From IMG/VR virus record IMGVR_UViG_3300042780_000007: 56,503 nucleotides of DNA; one strand, given 5' to 3'. Origin of the DNA: a virus. Shown here one piece after another: positions 55,240-56,503 of this stretch (position 1 is its first letter; each line of letters begins with the position of its first letter). Position numbers and translations under genes: made by a program. The notes below the pieces were generated by a model that saw nothing but the letters and a program-made list of their open reading frames with translations, was not told the DNA's origin and ran no database searches.

Positions 55240-56385
55240 ATGACGTACAGAAACTCAATACAGACAATTGGAGACCTTGAATCCCTCTACTATGGAGACC
55301 TCTTCTCCAAGCAGTACATGCAGAAAAGCGATGCGCCAATGCTTACTTCCACCTCTGGTATTTACAACCAGATTTATGGTGCAAAGGTTTGGGTAAACCT
55401 GAATCTTGAAGCCAATGCATTTGGTATGTTGAACAAGACTCCTTGGAAACAGTCCGGTTGGAGGCTTATCACAACCCGTGCTCTCGGAACTTCTGGAAGC
55501 GGTGGAGTTGCTGAAAATGCTGCACTTCCAGATACCACAAAACCCACCTTCAAAGAGGTTGCTACCAAACCCAAGACCGTTGCACACACCTTCGACAGTT
55601 CCGAAGTCATGCAGTACATGGGTACAGTGGACGATTCCCTTGGAGATGTCATGGGAGTTCTGCGTGAACACATGGCAAAGGAACATGCAGAACAGATCAA
55701 TAAGATGCTCCTGAAAGATGCTTCTGCTGAAGCCGCAGCAGCCAGTGGAGACCGTGCTGCAGCCGACATGTACAATATCGAATCCCTTGACCGTATAGTG
55801 TCCAGTGATGCAGAAGAAGACGCATTTGGTGGAACCTATAATGGTTGGTTCGATGTATTCAGCCTTGATAGGGATTCCACAACTGACTACGATGCACAGG
55901 TCAGCCACAACTCTGGTACAGACCGTTCCTTGTCCTTGTCCCTCATTGATAGTATGTTCACCAACCTGTGGACTGCTGGTGGAAATCCAAAGGTCATTAT
56001 GACCGGATATGACTCCCTCATGGCAACCCAACAGCTCTTGCAGGCACAGCAGAGATTCATGGACACCAAGAGAGTAACACCTTCCGTAAACGGTATTAAA
56101 GGTGTAGATGGTGTAGATGCAGGATTCGTTGTTGCAACATACAATGGTGTTCCATTCATACCATCCAAAGACATGTGTCAGGATACCCTTTCAAGGATGT
56201 TCTTCCTCGATACCGACTATCTGGAAATGAGAATTGCAAAACCAACCCAGTATTTCGAGTCCGGTATCCTTTCTGGAGACCCCTTCGGAATTAACCGTCT
56301 TGGTCAGGAAGGACTTTACCGTACAATGGGTGAAGCAACCTGCCAGTGGTTTGGCGTACAGGGTAAGATCAGGGATTTGCAGTAA
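55240..56385 (+). CDS. Major capsid protein (HK97 fold)
   Basis: Follows the protease-scaffold gene; NLEANAFG..KTPW..SGWR, KPKTVAH, QGKIRDL pattern recalled from archaeal tailed-virus capsid proteins. Confidence 0.9.
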   Translation: MTYRNSIQTIGDLESLYYGDLFSKQYMQKSDAPMLTSTSGIYNQIYGAKVWVNLNLEANAFGMLNKTPWKQSGWRLITTRALGTSGSGGVAENAALPDTTKPTFKEVATKPKTVAHTFDSSEVMQYMGTVDDSLGDVMGVLREHMAKEHAEQINKMLLKDASAEAAAASGDRAAADMYNIESLDRIVSSDAEEDAFGGTYNGWFDVFSLDRDSTTDYDAQVSHNSGTDRSLSLSLIDSMFTNLWTAGGNPKVIMTGYDSLMATQQLLQAQQRFMDTKRVTPSVNGIKGVDGVDAGFVVATYNGVPFIPSKDMCQDTLSRMFFLDTDYLEMRIAKPTQYFESGILSGDPFGINRLGQEGLYRTMGEATCQWFGVQGKIRDLQ

Positions 56386-56503
56386 TTGCATCCCCATCAA
56401 TCCTTTTTGGAGGATTTAGATGAACGATCCAATAGCGACTGTAAAATATATGGGCACTCTGGATGGGTTAACACATAAGAACCCAATAACCGGAAATGTC
56501 CAT
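56377..56503. repeat. Terminal direct repeat, copy 2
   Basis: Identical to 1-127. Confidence 0.95.

Noticed and set aside
1-56503. Antisense and alternative-frame ORFs in the track (e.g. 5271-5927, 26556-27302, 55255-56031) and a lysogeny module
   Set aside because: The shadow ORFs overlap well-supported genes and lack RBSs or motifs. No integrase or partition motifs were found.

Overview
The window is one complete, circularly assembled genome of a tailed archaeal virus: 56,376 bp unique, with bases 1-127 repeated at 56377-56503. It has an HK97-type head and a non-contractile tail (tube, chaperone and tape measure, no sheath). A rightward arm (42.1 kb through the junction to 14.6 kb) carries ThyA, a MazG-like gene, terminase, portal, protease, major capsid protein, tail and a candidate lysis pair. 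A leftward arm (40.9 to 14.6 kb) carries early and accessory genes plus archaeal-type replication genes (PolB, PriS-like primase, MCM-like ATPase, Hjc, RPA-like SSB, Cas4-like nuclease). I found no integrase, tRNA or CRISPR array. The class III ribonucleotide reductase, GGAGG/GGTGA ribosome-binding sites and acidic proteins point to an anaerobic archaeal host, probably a methanogen (inference). Two signals stand out. (1) Amber usage: none of the roughly 80 genes I checked by eye has TAG as a convincing stop, but four leftward genes contain an in-frame TAG whose read-through gives a coherent protein. One splits the ATP-binding motifs of a GHKL ATPase. This suggests the virus uses a host pyrrolysine (TAG-sense) code. 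(2) A PurZ/PurZ0-type enzyme (Ser in place of the catalytic Asp of PurA) is coupled to NrdD and a dNMP kinase, with a MazG-like gene elsewhere and a family B polymerase with atypical active-site motifs. This is a candidate 2-aminoadenine (Z) DNA pathway with no recognisable DatZ or family A DpoZ. All family calls come from motif recognition by eye; no database searches were run.
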